A stretch of 64,000 nucleotides of DNA, from assembly GCA_051882575.1 (NCBI GenBank), contig JBJESB010000092.1:23421-87420 (forward strand). The letters are read 5' to 3'. Of this stretch, positions 47,133 through 56,652 are shown piece after piece; position 1 is the first letter of the stretch; each line of letters begins with the position of its first letter. This DNA is from Oscillospiraceae bacterium (GTDB lineage Bacteria > Bacillota > Clostridia > Oscillospirales > Ruminococcaceae). The translations under genes and the position numbers were made by a program. Under the pieces are notes generated by a model. It saw nothing but the letters and a program-made list of their open reading frames with translations. It ran no database searches and was not told the DNA's origin.

Positions 47133-47681
47133 TTATGCCGAATAAGCCTTAAACTTTGAAAGCACCTTTGTTTTTTCAAGTATCTGAATAATTACAACAC
47201 CGCAAATCACGCCAAATGCGCCCTGTACAAGATTTCCGGGAACACTTGCAAGCGCACCTTCAAAGCTCTTTCCAAGAAGCAGAGCGGCATAAATATAGTA
47301 ACCGCCTACCATGATTATTTCTCCTACAACAGAGCCTGTAATATACGCGGGAAGTCTCAGCTTGTCGCTTCTTTTTGCGATTGCACGGAAAATAAGCGCC
47401 GCAGCAACAGCAATAAGTCCCTTGATTACAAATGTACCGGGAACATAGTGAACATATCCTGTGAAGAGGTCGGCAAGCGCTGAACCAATACCGCCTGCTG
47501 CAAAGCCATATACAGGACCAAGCACCCAAGCGGCAATCAGAATAAAGCAATCACCGAAATTAACATAACCATTAAGCGGCGACGGAATCTGAATCAGCAT
47601 GGTAGCAACACAAATCAGCGCTGCAAACATGGCTGCTACACAGATTTTCAGCAGGTTTTCTCTTGTTTTGTTTTCTTTCAT
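47133..47681 (-). CDS. ECF transporter S component, probably vitamin B6 related
   Basis: AMFAALICVATM, GYVNFGD, GIGSALAD, TFVIKG; substrate inferred from divergent PdxR-like regulator. Confidence 0.8.
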   Translation of the reverse strand: MKENKTRENLLKICVAAMFAALICVATMLIQIPSPLNGYVNFGDCFILIAAWVLGPVYGFAAGGIGSALADLFTGYVHYVPGTFVIKGLIAVAAALIFRAIAKRSDKLRLPAYITGSVVGEIIMVGGYYIYAALLLGKSFEGALASVPGNLVQGAFGVICGVVIIQILEKTKVLSKFKAYSA

Positions 47682-47801
47682 AGTTGTTTCTCCTTCCATA
47701 TTGGGGGTTGATTTTTTCTACAATTTATATTATAATGATTTTTGGAAATATCACAATGTCCAATTTTATTTTATTTTATAAGACCAGATTGGAGAAAAGC
47801 T

Positions 47802-49127
47802 ATGATAGAAATGCCTGACAGAACCGGTGGCATAAGTCTGTATGAACAGATTTATGAAAGCATAAAAAAGGATATTCTTTCAGGGAAAATGAAACACGGC
47901 GAAAAACTGCCGTCGAAACGCAACATTTCCGAAAAATTGGGAGTAAGCCTTATCACAATAGAAAACGCGTATTCGCAGCTTATTGCAGAGGGGTATGTAA
48001 AAGCAGTTGAGCGCAGCGGATACTATGTTAATTACAGCGGAGGCATGGTAATATTACCTCCAAAGCCTCAAATTACACACATCCCCGAATCACAAGCTCA
48101 TACAGATACAGCAAACGACACACTTTTTCCGTTCTCTGTGTGGACAAAATTGATGCGTTCCGTGATTCTTGAAAAGGGAACAGTGCTGCTAAAACCCGTA
48201 TCACCAAATGGCGCAGAAGAGCTTCGTGCAGCAATAAGCGATTATTTGTACAGAGCGCGTGGAGTATATGCGCCGCCGGAGCAGATAATAATCGGCGCAG
48301 GAACGGACTATCTGTATAATTTGCTGATTCAGCTGCTTGGCAGGGAACGTTGCTTTGCAGTTGAGAATCCGGGCTATGATAAGCTGACAAAAATATATAA
48401 TGCAAATCATGTCAAGAGCGTCAGCATTCCTCTTGATGAGCAGGGAATGTCCTGTAAAGAGCTTATAGCAAGCAGCGCAGATATAGCTCATATTTCACCG
48501 GCACATCATTATCCCACGGGTATAATCATGCCTATATCCCGAAGAAGCGAGCTGATGAGATGGGCAGAGAAGGGCAGCAGATACATAATAGAGGATGATT
48601 ATGACAGTGAATTTCGCTGGAGCGGCAGACCTGTACCGACTATGTTTGGAATGGACACCTTGCAAAAGGTGATATATATAAACACATTTTCGCTCACAAT
48701 TGCACCGTCGGTCAGAATCAGCTATATGGTGCTTCCCGAGAAGCTGGCTGCACGTTGGCGCGATAAGCTCGGGTTTTATTCATGTTCGGTACCTGTATTT
48801 GAGCAGTACACTCTGGCGCGTTTCATATCAGAGGGATATTTTGAGAGGCATATCAACCGAATGAAAAAGCACTATCGCTCAATCAGGGAGCTTGCGCTGG
48901 AGCTGGCTGAAAAGCTGGGGGGAACAGATATTCGCGAAGAAAATGCCGGTCTGCACTTTCTGATGAAGGCAGACGAGCAAATAATATCCAACCTTGAAAG
49001 CTGCGGAGTAGAAATCCGCCCATTAAGTGATTATTACAGTGATAATTTCTCGGCTGACGGATTACAGGTGGTAAGCTACTATTCGGCTGATGAACATAAG
49101 CTAATGAATCTTAAGAGCAAATTATAA
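47802..49127 (+). CDS. MocR/PdxR-family PLP-dependent transcriptional regulator
   Basis: GntR HTH (LYEQIY...KLPSKR...AYSQLIAEGY), ENPGY, SPAHHYPTG, IIEDDYDSEF. Confidence 0.92.
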   Translation: MIEMPDRTGGISLYEQIYESIKKDILSGKMKHGEKLPSKRNISEKLGVSLITIENAYSQLIAEGYVKAVERSGYYVNYSGGMVILPPKPQITHIPESQAHTDTANDTLFPFSVWTKLMRSVILEKGTVLLKPVSPNGAEELRAAISDYLYRARGVYAPPEQIIIGAGTDYLYNLLIQLLGRERCFAVENPGYDKLTKIYNANHVKSVSIPLDEQGMSCKELIASSADIAHISPAHHYPTGIIMPISRRSELMRWAEKGSRYIIEDDYDSEFRWSGRPVPTMFGMDTLQKVIYINTFSLTIAPSVRISYMVLPEKLAARWRDKLGFYSCSVPVFEQYTLARFISEGYFERHINRMKKHYRSIRELALELAEKLGGTDIREENAGLHFLMKADEQIISNLESCGVEIRPLSDYYSDNFSADGLQVVSYYSADEHKLMNLKSKL

Positions 49128-49133
49128 AAAGTT

Positions 49134-49157
49134 CAGCCGCTTCAATCGAAGCGGCTG
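49134..49157. terminator. Hairpin between convergent regulator and aspS
   Basis: CAGCCGCTTC/GAAGCGGCTG stem. Confidence 0.6.
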
Positions 49158-49172
49158 CTATAATTATGGTAA

Positions 49173-50945
49173 TCAGTTCTGTTTTCTGACCTTTATATGA
49201 ACCTCACGAAGCTGCTGCTCTGTAACCTCTGTCGGAGCGCCGAGCAAAAGATCCTGAGCATTAGAGTTGAGCGGGAATGCGATAACCTCACGGATGCTTT
49301 CTTCGCCTGTAAGAAGCATTATCATGCGGTCAACGCCGGGAGCCATACCTGCATGGGGCGGAGCGCCGTATTTGAATGCATTGTAAAGAGCGCCAAACTT
49401 GCTTGCAACATCTTCTTCGGTGTAGCCTGCAATTTCAAAAGCCTTAACCATGATGTCAAGGTCGTGATTTCTGACTGCGCCCGAAGAAAGCTCAACACCG
49501 TTGCAGACAATATCGTACTGGTATGCGAGAATATCAAGCGGATTCTTGTTCAGCAGCGCGTCAAGACCACCCTGAGGCATGGAGAAAGGATTGTGCGTAA
49601 AGATAATCTTGCCGGTTTCTTCGTCAAGCTCGTACATGGGGAAATCAACGATAAAGCACAGCTCAAAGCGGCTCTCATCAATGAGGTTCATGCGCTTTGC
49701 AACTTCAGTGCGAATCTGTCCCGCAAATTTAGGTGCATTCTTTGCGCTGTCTGCGATAAAGTACAATACATCGTCAACCTCAAGCTCGCAGCGCTTTGCA
49801 AGCTCGGCTCTCTGGCTGTCGTCAAGGAACTTGTCGATAGGACCGTTGAACTTAAAGCCGCCGTTCTCGCCGGCTTCAACCTTGAAATAGCCCAAGCCCT
49901 TCATGCCAACCTCTTGGGTAGCAAATTCCTCCATGCTCTTGAAGAAATTCTTGGACTGTTTTGCCATATTAGGAACTCTGATACCGCGAACGCACTTATT
50001 GCAGAAAGGCTTGAAATCACTGTCAACAAACAAGTCTGAAAGCTCCTTGATTATCAGCGGATTGCGAAGGTCAGGCTTGTCAGAGCCGTAAGTCAGCATA
50101 GCCTCACTGTACGGGATTCTTCTGAACGGGGCAGAGGAAACCTGCTTATCGGAGAACTTTGCGAATGTGGCTGAAAGAACCTCCTCTGCAACAGCAAATA
50201 CATCCTCCTGCGTAGCAAACGACATCTCAAAGTCAAGCTGATAGAACTCGCCGGGTGAACGGTCTGCTCTTGCATCCTCGTCACGGAAGCAGGGAGCTAT
50301 CTGGAAATACTTATCAAAGCCGGAAACCATGTAAATCTGCTTAAAAATCTGCGGAGCCTGCGGCAGAGCGTAGAACTTGCCGTGGTGCTTGCGGCTGGGA
50401 ATGAGATAGTCACGAGCGCCCTCGGGCGAGGATGTGGAAAGAATAGGAGTCTGAAGCTCCAGAAAGCCCATTTCGCTCATTTTATTGCGCAGGAACGAGA
50501 TAATCTGCGAGCGCAGAACAATATTATCATGCATTTTCTTGTTGCGCAGGTCAAGATAGCGGTACTTTAAGCGTACCTCTTCTCTTGTTTCGCGTGAGGA
50601 TGCAATCTCAAACGGAAGCTGCTCTGTAACCTTACCGAGAATACGAACCTCTTCAGCCTCAATTTCAATTTTACCGGTTTCAATTTTGTCGTTATAGGTG
50701 CTTTCGTCACGCTTAAGAACCGTACCCGTGATAGATACAGCGCACTCCTTATGAATGCCCTCAAGTAAGGTCTCATTGTGGAAAACCACCTGTACAACGC
50801 CGTAGTGGTCACGAAGGTCAACAAACATAATTCCGCCGTGGTCGCGGATATTTTCTACCCAGCCTGCTGCACGAACTTTCTTGCCAATTTCATTTTCGGA
50901 GAATGAGTTGCAGTAGCCTGTACGGTATTCGTTTTCAAGAAACAC
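49173..50945 (-). CDS. aspS: Aspartate-tRNA ligase, copy 1 (non-discriminating-like signature RDHGG)
   Basis: IRDHGG, RLKYRYLDLR, PEGARDY, FYALPQAPQ, CFRDED, GAPPHAG. Confidence 0.95.
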   Translation of the reverse strand: MFLENEYRTGYCNSFSENEIGKKVRAAGWVENIRDHGGIMFVDLRDHYGVVQVVFHNETLLEGIHKECAVSITGTVLKRDESTYNDKIETGKIEIEAEEVRILGKVTEQLPFEIASSRETREEVRLKYRYLDLRNKKMHDNIVLRSQIISFLRNKMSEMGFLELQTPILSTSSPEGARDYLIPSRKHHGKFYALPQAPQIFKQIYMVSGFDKYFQIAPCFRDEDARADRSPGEFYQLDFEMSFATQEDVFAVAEEVLSATFAKFSDKQVSSAPFRRIPYSEAMLTYGSDKPDLRNPLIIKELSDLFVDSDFKPFCNKCVRGIRVPNMAKQSKNFFKSMEEFATQEVGMKGLGYFKVEAGENGGFKFNGPIDKFLDDSQRAELAKRCELEVDDVLYFIADSAKNAPKFAGQIRTEVAKRMNLIDESRFELCFIVDFPMYELDEETGKIIFTHNPFSMPQGGLDALLNKNPLDILAYQYDIVCNGVELSSGAVRNHDLDIMVKAFEIAGYTEEDVASKFGALYNAFKYGAPPHAGMAPGVDRMIMLLTGEESIREVIAFPLNSNAQDLLLGAPTEVTEQQLREVHIKVRKQN

Positions 50946-51005
50946 TGATATTCAATCCTTTCTTCTGTTACCCTAGGGGTATCTGTATTATAACAAACAC
51001 TGATT

Positions 51006-51034
51006 ATTATAACACTTTGGTTTGCGGTTGTCAA
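51006..51034 (-). promoter_or_regulatory. SigA promoter of minus-strand aspS
   Basis: TTGACA-17-TATAAT on minus strand. Confidence 0.75.
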
Positions 51035-51136
51035 TATTTTTACATGATTTTGTTTATAAATTCCTTATCCGAGTGAATTATATTTAAAAAGAATCATGAA
51101 ATTTAATAATTACGCATAAAAAATTTGATGTCCTAC

Positions 51137-51165
51137 TTGAAAAAGTACATAATTGATGATATAAT
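51137..51165 (+). promoter_or_regulatory. SigA promoter of plus-strand aspS
   Basis: TTGAAA-17-TATAAT with TG extension. Confidence 0.7.
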
Positions 51166-51254
51166 ATATCAGTGCAGTTTTTTCAGAGGCGGAAATACCG
51201 CTTCAGGAATGCAAAAATGGGGCAATCCCGTATATAAGAAAGAAGGACAAAATT

Positions 51255-53030
51255 ATGGCAGACACAATGCAGGGTCTGAAAAGAACACATTACTGCGGCG
51301 AGGTTACACTTGAAGCAGGCGAGGTTGTAGTTGGCGGATTTACTCAAAGAGTGCGCGATAAAGGCAGCCTGATATTTATAGATTTAAGGGACAAGACAGG
51401 AATAGTACAGCTTGTTTTTGATGAGAACACAGACAGAAGCGTATTTGAAAAGGCAGAATCTGTTCGTTCGGAATATGTTCTTATGGCAAAAGGCGCAGTA
51501 CGCGCACGCGAGAGCGTTAACACCGAAATCAAGACAGGTGCAATAGAAATTGTTGTCAGCGAATTGAGAATCCTTTCAAAAGCGCAGACTCCTCCTTTTG
51601 AAATCACTTCCAACACAAAAACCAACGAGGAACTTCGTTTGAAGTATCGCTACCTTGATTTGCGCCGCGAGCCGCTTCAGCGCAACCTTATGATGCGCCA
51701 CGAGATTGCAAAGTGCGCGCGCGAGTATTTCTACGAAAACGGCTTTACCGAAATTGAAACGCCCATGATGATTAAGTCAACACCCGAGGGCGCGCGTGAC
51801 TATATCGTACCGTCGAGAATACACAACGGCAAATTCTATGCGCTGCCGCAGTCCCCGCAGATTTACAAGCAGCTGCTTATGATTGCCGGAATGGACAGAT
51901 ACATTCAGCTTGCACGCTGCTTCCGCGACGAGGATTTAAGAGCGGACAGACAGCCGGAATTTACACAGATTGACCTTGAGATGTCATTCGTTGATGTAGA
52001 GGACATTCTTGAGATGCTGGAGGGCTTTGTTCAGCGCCTTTACAAGCAGGTACTCAATGTTGATATCCCGCTGCCGCTGCCCCGACTCACCTACAACGAG
52101 GCAATGAACCGCTTCGGCTCGGACAAGCCCGATACCAGATTCGGAATGGAAATCACAGATATCTCGGAAATCGTAAAGGACTGCGGTTTCAGCGTTTTCA
52201 AGGATGCGATTGCAAACGGCGGCTCTGTTCGCGGCATTGTTGCAAAGGGTGCAGCAGGCACGCTTACAAGAAAAGAAATCGACAAGCAGACCGAATTTGT
52301 ACGCGGAATCGGAGCAAAGGGTCTGGCATACATTCGCTGGGTTGATGACGCACCAAACTGCTCATTCGGCAAGTTTATGGGCGAGGGCGAGCTTAAGGCT
52401 ATTCTTAACGCTCTTGGCTGCGAAAAGGGCGACGTTGCGTTTATTGTTGCCGATAAGAACAAGGTAACACTGCCCGTTTTGGGCGCACTTCGTCTGAAAA
52501 TTGCAAAGCAGCTCGACATCATTCCCGAGGGCTGGAATTTTCTTTGGATTACCGAGTTCCCGTTCTTTGAATACGATGAAGAAAGCGGCGAATGGCTCGC
52601 TATGCACCATCCGTTTACAATGCCCATGGATGAGTGCCTTGAGTATCTTGAAACCGATAAGGAAAAGGTACGCGCAAAGGCTTACGACCTTGTTCTTAAC
52701 GGCGTAGAGCTTTCCAGCGGCTCTATTAGAATCACAAACTACGAGCTTCAGCAGCGTATGTTTGAGCTGCTGGGACTTACCAAGGAAGAAATTGACGCAA
52801 AGTTCGGTTTCCTTGTAGACGCTTATAAGTATGGAGCTCCCCCTCACGGCGGCGCAGGCATTGGTCTGGACAGACTTTCAATGCTCATGTGCGGCTGCGA
52901 CAGCCTGCGTGATGTAACTGCATTCCCGAAAGTACAGAACGCAAGCGAGCTGATGAGCGAAGCGCCCTCAATTGTAAGCGAAGAGCAGCTTAAGGAACTG
53001 GGCATTGCAGTAACGGCAACAGAAGACTAA
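51255..53030 (+). CDS. aspS: Aspartate-tRNA ligase, copy 2 (discriminating-like signature RDKGS)
   Basis: KRTHYCG, RLKYRYLDLR, FYALPQSPQ, RADRQPEFTQID, MHHPFT, GAPPHGG. Confidence 0.95.
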   Translation: MADTMQGLKRTHYCGEVTLEAGEVVVGGFTQRVRDKGSLIFIDLRDKTGIVQLVFDENTDRSVFEKAESVRSEYVLMAKGAVRARESVNTEIKTGAIEIVVSELRILSKAQTPPFEITSNTKTNEELRLKYRYLDLRREPLQRNLMMRHEIAKCAREYFYENGFTEIETPMMIKSTPEGARDYIVPSRIHNGKFYALPQSPQIYKQLLMIAGMDRYIQLARCFRDEDLRADRQPEFTQIDLEMSFVDVEDILEMLEGFVQRLYKQVLNVDIPLPLPRLTYNEAMNRFGSDKPDTRFGMEITDISEIVKDCGFSVFKDAIANGGSVRGIVAKGAAGTLTRKEIDKQTEFVRGIGAKGLAYIRWVDDAPNCSFGKFMGEGELKAILNALGCEKGDVAFIVADKNKVTLPVLGALRLKIAKQLDIIPEGWNFLWITEFPFFEYDEESGEWLAMHHPFTMPMDECLEYLETDKEKVRAKAYDLVLNGVELSSGSIRITNYELQQRMFELLGLTKEEIDAKFGFLVDAYKYGAPPHGGAGIGLDRLSMLMCGCDSLRDVTAFPKVQNASELMSEAPSIVSEEQLKELGIAVTATED

Positions 53031-53049
53031 TATTTCAGGCGGTGAGTAC

Positions 53050-53517
53050 ATGGAAAAACATCTATATAAGGAGCTTTCATCACAGGCAGCAAACGGCGGT
53101 ACAAAAGCATTTGCCAAGCTGTATGAAGCTGTTTATCAGCCCATGTACTACACCGCCTATTTTTCGTTATATGACAATACCGAGGCAGTAAATATAATTC
53201 GCCGAACCGTGCGAGAGGGTTTTAATGCCATTGGTCGTCTGCATACGGAAAAAGCCTTTGAAATGTTTATGCTTAAAACTTTGTGCTCGCATATTAAAGC
53301 GAGCAACAAGGGCAAGGAGCCTGTGCAGCGTGAGCGAAGCGAAAGATTTGATATTATGACGGAATTCAGCAGACTTACAGAGCAGGAACGCATGGTTACT
53401 TGCTTGTATGTTGTTGGAAAGTACACACCCGATGAGATATCGCAGTTTATGGGTATTTCCAAGGGCGCTGTTCGCAAGCTAATAAAAAAGACGGTAGAAA
53501 GCTTTTCATTAGATTGA
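53050..53517 (+). CDS. Degenerate ECF-type sigma-70 factor
   Basis: AFAKLYEAVYQPMYYTA (region 2), LTEQERMV..LY...TPDEISQFMGISKGAVR (region 4). Confidence 0.7.
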   Translation: MEKHLYKELSSQAANGGTKAFAKLYEAVYQPMYYTAYFSLYDNTEAVNIIRRTVREGFNAIGRLHTEKAFEMFMLKTLCSHIKASNKGKEPVQRERSERFDIMTEFSRLTEQERMVTCLYVVGKYTPDEISQFMGISKGAVRKLIKKTVESFSLD

Positions 53518-53598
53518 ATATATTCGGCATTAAACACGGTAAGTGCTGCAACAAAAGGCAGCAGACGTACCCTGTCAGTGTCAAGCGAAAGGAGCGGT

Positions 53599-55686
53599 AT
53601 GATGACAATAACCGAATTGTATGACCATATAACCGAATCGGTAGTGCCCGAGACCGTTCTGCCGCAGAATATAGCTTCATGTCTGATGGATGAAAATGCT
53701 GAAATACCCGAGCTTGATGCATTTACTTTTCTTAACAGGCTCCGTGACCTCGGCATAGGTTCGGCAGATTTCATATACCTGCTGAAAAGCTGCAATGCGC
53801 CCGAAGAAGCCATAGAGAAAATAGAAAGCAATCCCGCAATGAATTTGCAGGGTCTGATTGTAACGCTTGAACACGCCGGTTTGCAGCCCAAGGACTACAC
53901 AAGAATGCTGTATTCAGCGCGTAAAATCTGGGAGCGTACCCAGACCATGCGTATAAGTGCGGTTCTTGAAGCGGTTGAAGCGACAAAACAAAACGGTGAA
54001 ACAGAGCAATTATCGGATGAAATTCACACCGAAAAAAATGTCGCTGACGATGAGCATTTTGAGAATGCTGCTGTCGAAGCCGAAAGATTATCCGAAAGCG
54101 ATGCCGAAGATATTCAAGCCGATGCGGAAAATTCAATCAGCGAGCACTTAAAAGGTATTACTGTTATCAGCGGCGAGGAATTAACCGAGATTCACACAGC
54201 CGAGCCCACCACCGAGGAAGAAGCCAAGCCCTCCGAAACAGACGGAGTATCAGTAAAAGGGCTTGCTGCGTCTGCTTGCGGAGCGGTAATTTTATTGGCG
54301 TTTGGCGCTGTGATGAGCTGCGGTATATTGCCTGCAAGGAATCAGCATACACCCGACCTGCGTTTTGCATCAAATGCTCTCGAAGTATTCGCCGATATTC
54401 ACTATGCTTATAACAGCGGCGAATCCTGCGGAAAGAATGTGGTTGCTCTGCCGACCGACAAGGGAAGAGTTTTCTGCGATATGTTAGTTGAGAATACAGG
54501 CTTGGATAAAGGCGTATTTTCAACAAATGATTATGTTTACAGCACTTATTCCGACCGTGTTTTGGTATATGACCGCGAAAAAAGCGGATTGGTCAACGAG
54601 CTTACACCGCCCGAGGGCTGCGAGTTTATTGAAGTCTTTGAATGCGGCGATTTGTATGCAGTGTATTATGGAAAAAAATCGGGCGTTATCAGGCTCACAG
54701 GCTCGGATTTTAACGCGGAGCTTTGCGGTACGCTCACCGACTACACAATCTCGGAAAACTCTGTAACGCTTGCCTGTGTATATTTCCCCGAGTTTACGGA
54801 GAGCTTCAAAGCTGAACAATCGGAGTGTTACCTGCCTTTTACGCTTATAAACGGGAAGCAAAAAACGATTCCGGCTGAAAGGGTAGTGCTTGGCGCTGAA
54901 AAGCGAGCCTGCGGCTATGCTGTCAGCGTTACTGTTGACCTTTCGCGCGGAGAGATTACAGACTGCGTTGCCGTGCTTGGCGACGCGCAGTTTTGTGATT
55001 CTGACGGAGCTTATGCGGTTGTACGCAGTGAAAACGGCTCGCAGATTGTTGGCATTGGAGAGCAGATTGTTGCTGAAAACACCCCGCTGATAACTGCGTG
55101 TGATTATTCCGGCGGAGTACTTTGCACAATAGAAACGGGTGATGAACCTGTGGCGTATATTCGCGGTGACGACCTGAAACCAACAGTTGCTATGCAGAAT
55201 TTTACCGAGACGGTATGTTCGGCGGAAATATCTGGTAAGCATCTTTACATAAGCGGCGAGAACGGAGTATTTTCAGTTGCAGAGCTTTCAGAGGAATCAC
55301 CAAAAACTCTTGGATTAGAGCGTAAAGATGGTGTTATCTTGGGTGAATATGCGCTTGTTGGAGAGATAAACGGCAGTGAAGTAAGCTTTGTTTTGTACAG
55401 CAATGATGGTTCGGAGGCGGCAAGATGTTCAAAGGTAATCGTTGCCGATACTATTTCTGATTTTTCATTGAGCGGAGCAAATACCTTTATCATGCAAAGC
55501 CCGACCAAATGCGGCGCAGCATATTCATATTTTGACGGGGTATCATTTGTTTCGGAATTTGCCCAATTTGGCGCTGCACGCAAGAATATCTCCATATATG
55601 ACGACCGTACGGGATTTACAGCCGCTTTCGCCGAAGACGATACTATTAAGCTGATTTACAGCAACGGTTCAACAAAAATCAATTAA
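53599..55686 (+). CDS. Large single-pass membrane protein (cytoplasmic N-domain, acidic linker, TM, beta-rich extracellular domain); possible anti-sigma factor
   Basis: AAGGAG RBS; TM GAVILLAFGAVMSCGIL; beta-strand-rich C-terminus; function inferred from context only. Confidence 0.6.
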   Translation: MMTITELYDHITESVVPETVLPQNIASCLMDENAEIPELDAFTFLNRLRDLGIGSADFIYLLKSCNAPEEAIEKIESNPAMNLQGLIVTLEHAGLQPKDYTRMLYSARKIWERTQTMRISAVLEAVEATKQNGETEQLSDEIHTEKNVADDEHFENAAVEAERLSESDAEDIQADAENSISEHLKGITVISGEELTEIHTAEPTTEEEAKPSETDGVSVKGLAASACGAVILLAFGAVMSCGILPARNQHTPDLRFASNALEVFADIHYAYNSGESCGKNVVALPTDKGRVFCDMLVENTGLDKGVFSTNDYVYSTYSDRVLVYDREKSGLVNELTPPEGCEFIEVFECGDLYAVYYGKKSGVIRLTGSDFNAELCGTLTDYTISENSVTLACVYFPEFTESFKAEQSECYLPFTLINGKQKTIPAERVVLGAEKRACGYAVSVTVDLSRGEITDCVAVLGDAQFCDSDGAYAVVRSENGSQIVGIGEQIVAENTPLITACDYSGGVLCTIETGDEPVAYIRGDDLKPTVAMQNFTETVCSAEISGKHLYISGENGVFSVAELSEESPKTLGLERKDGVILGEYALVGEINGSEVSFVLYSNDGSEAARCSKVIVADTISDFSLSGANTFIMQSPTKCGAAYSYFDGVSFVSEFAQFGAARKNISIYDDRTGFTAAFAEDDTIKLIYSNGSTKIN

Positions 55687-55712
55687 GCCGCAGTTACTTC
55701 TGCGGCTTTTTT
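55685..55712 (+). terminator. Terminator overlapping dgkA 3' end
   Basis: AAGCCGCAG/CTGCGGCTT stem plus T tract. Confidence 0.65.
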
Positions 55713-56170
55713 CTGTTTATGAGTTCGGGTAAAACAACAAATAATATTGCTGCTGAAAGCGAGATTAGGAATAATAGTAATCTTAAGATATCCGAGATAA
55801 AATATTCAAATATCTGTGAGAAAATCTCGGTATCCCACAACAGAGTGATACCTACAAATACTGAACCAATCGCCGAAACAAGCACAGCACCCGCAGCGCA
55901 ATCCTTGCATTTTGCAATAAGCGGGTGAGTATCAAGCGTAACCGAATCCGCTAATCGCTCAACAGCAGTATTAAGCGTTTCCAGCGATATTACAGCCGTT
56001 ATAGTCAGTATTAACGCTGCAAGCTCCCCGCGGGAAAGGCTGTAAAATTTCAGCGAAAAATATAATACATACGCCGCAGCGCACAGGTGGATTCTCATGT
56101 TTCTGCCGGTTGAAATTGCATGGATTATCCCCTTTGCAGCGTAGACAAAGCTTTTCAGAAACGCTATCAT
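55694..56170 (-). CDS. dgkA: Diacylglycerol/undecaprenol kinase
   Basis: SFVYAAKGI, NMRIH, ETLNTAVERLAD, KDCAAGAVL; ybeY-dgkA synteny. Confidence 0.9.
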   Translation of the reverse strand: MIAFLKSFVYAAKGIIHAISTGRNMRIHLCAAAYVLYFSLKFYSLSRGELAALILTITAVISLETLNTAVERLADSVTLDTHPLIAKCKDCAAGAVLVSAIGSVFVGITLLWDTEIFSQIFEYFISDILRLLLFLISLSAAILFVVLPELINRKKPQK

Positions 56171-56652
56171 GCTTCGCGTGTTATTCCAAGTGCGTCCAGC
56201 ACCTTTTCCTGCTTGCCGAACATTTCTTTTTCTTCCTCCTCGCTGTTAACATGGTCATAGCCAAGCAGGTGAAACAGCGAGTGCGTAATAAGAAAAGCAA
56301 CCTCCCTGCGGAACGAGTGACCATATTCCTTTGCCTGTTCAGCCGCTCTTTCCATAGATATAACAATATCGCCAAGCACGATAGCGTCGGTTTCGGGATT
56401 TGTTTCAAGATTTCCGTCTTCGTCAAACATCGGAAACGATAGAACATCGGTTGCCGAATCAATGCCGCGATGCTCGTTGTTAATTGCCCTGATATTCTCG
56501 TTATCCGTGAGCGTTACAGAAACCTCTGCGCTGTATTCGCCCAGATTCTCTTCGCGAAGCGCTTCGGCAGTGCAGAGCTTTACAAGTTCCTCAATGTCCT
56601 CGGGCGGTGTAATCTTATCCTGTTCATCCTCTAAATAAACCGTAATTTCCAT
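56167..56652 (-). CDS. ybeY: rRNA maturation endoribonuclease YbeY
   Basis: TDVLSFP, LGDIVIS, HSLFHLLGYDH. Confidence 0.95.
   Translation of the reverse strand: MEITVYLEDEQDKITPPEDIEELVKLCTAEALREENLGEYSAEVSVTLTDNENIRAINNEHRGIDSATDVLSFPMFDEDGNLETNPETDAIVLGDIVISMERAAEQAKEYGHSFRREVAFLITHSLFHLLGYDHVNSEEEEKEMFGKQEKVLDALGITREA

Noticed and set aside
49197-50039. 280-aa plus-strand ORF
   Set aside because: Shadow of minus-strand aspS
53547-53568. ECF promoter-like TGCAAC...CGT between sigma-like gene and membrane protein
   Set aside because: 13-bp spacing is too short for an ECF promoter
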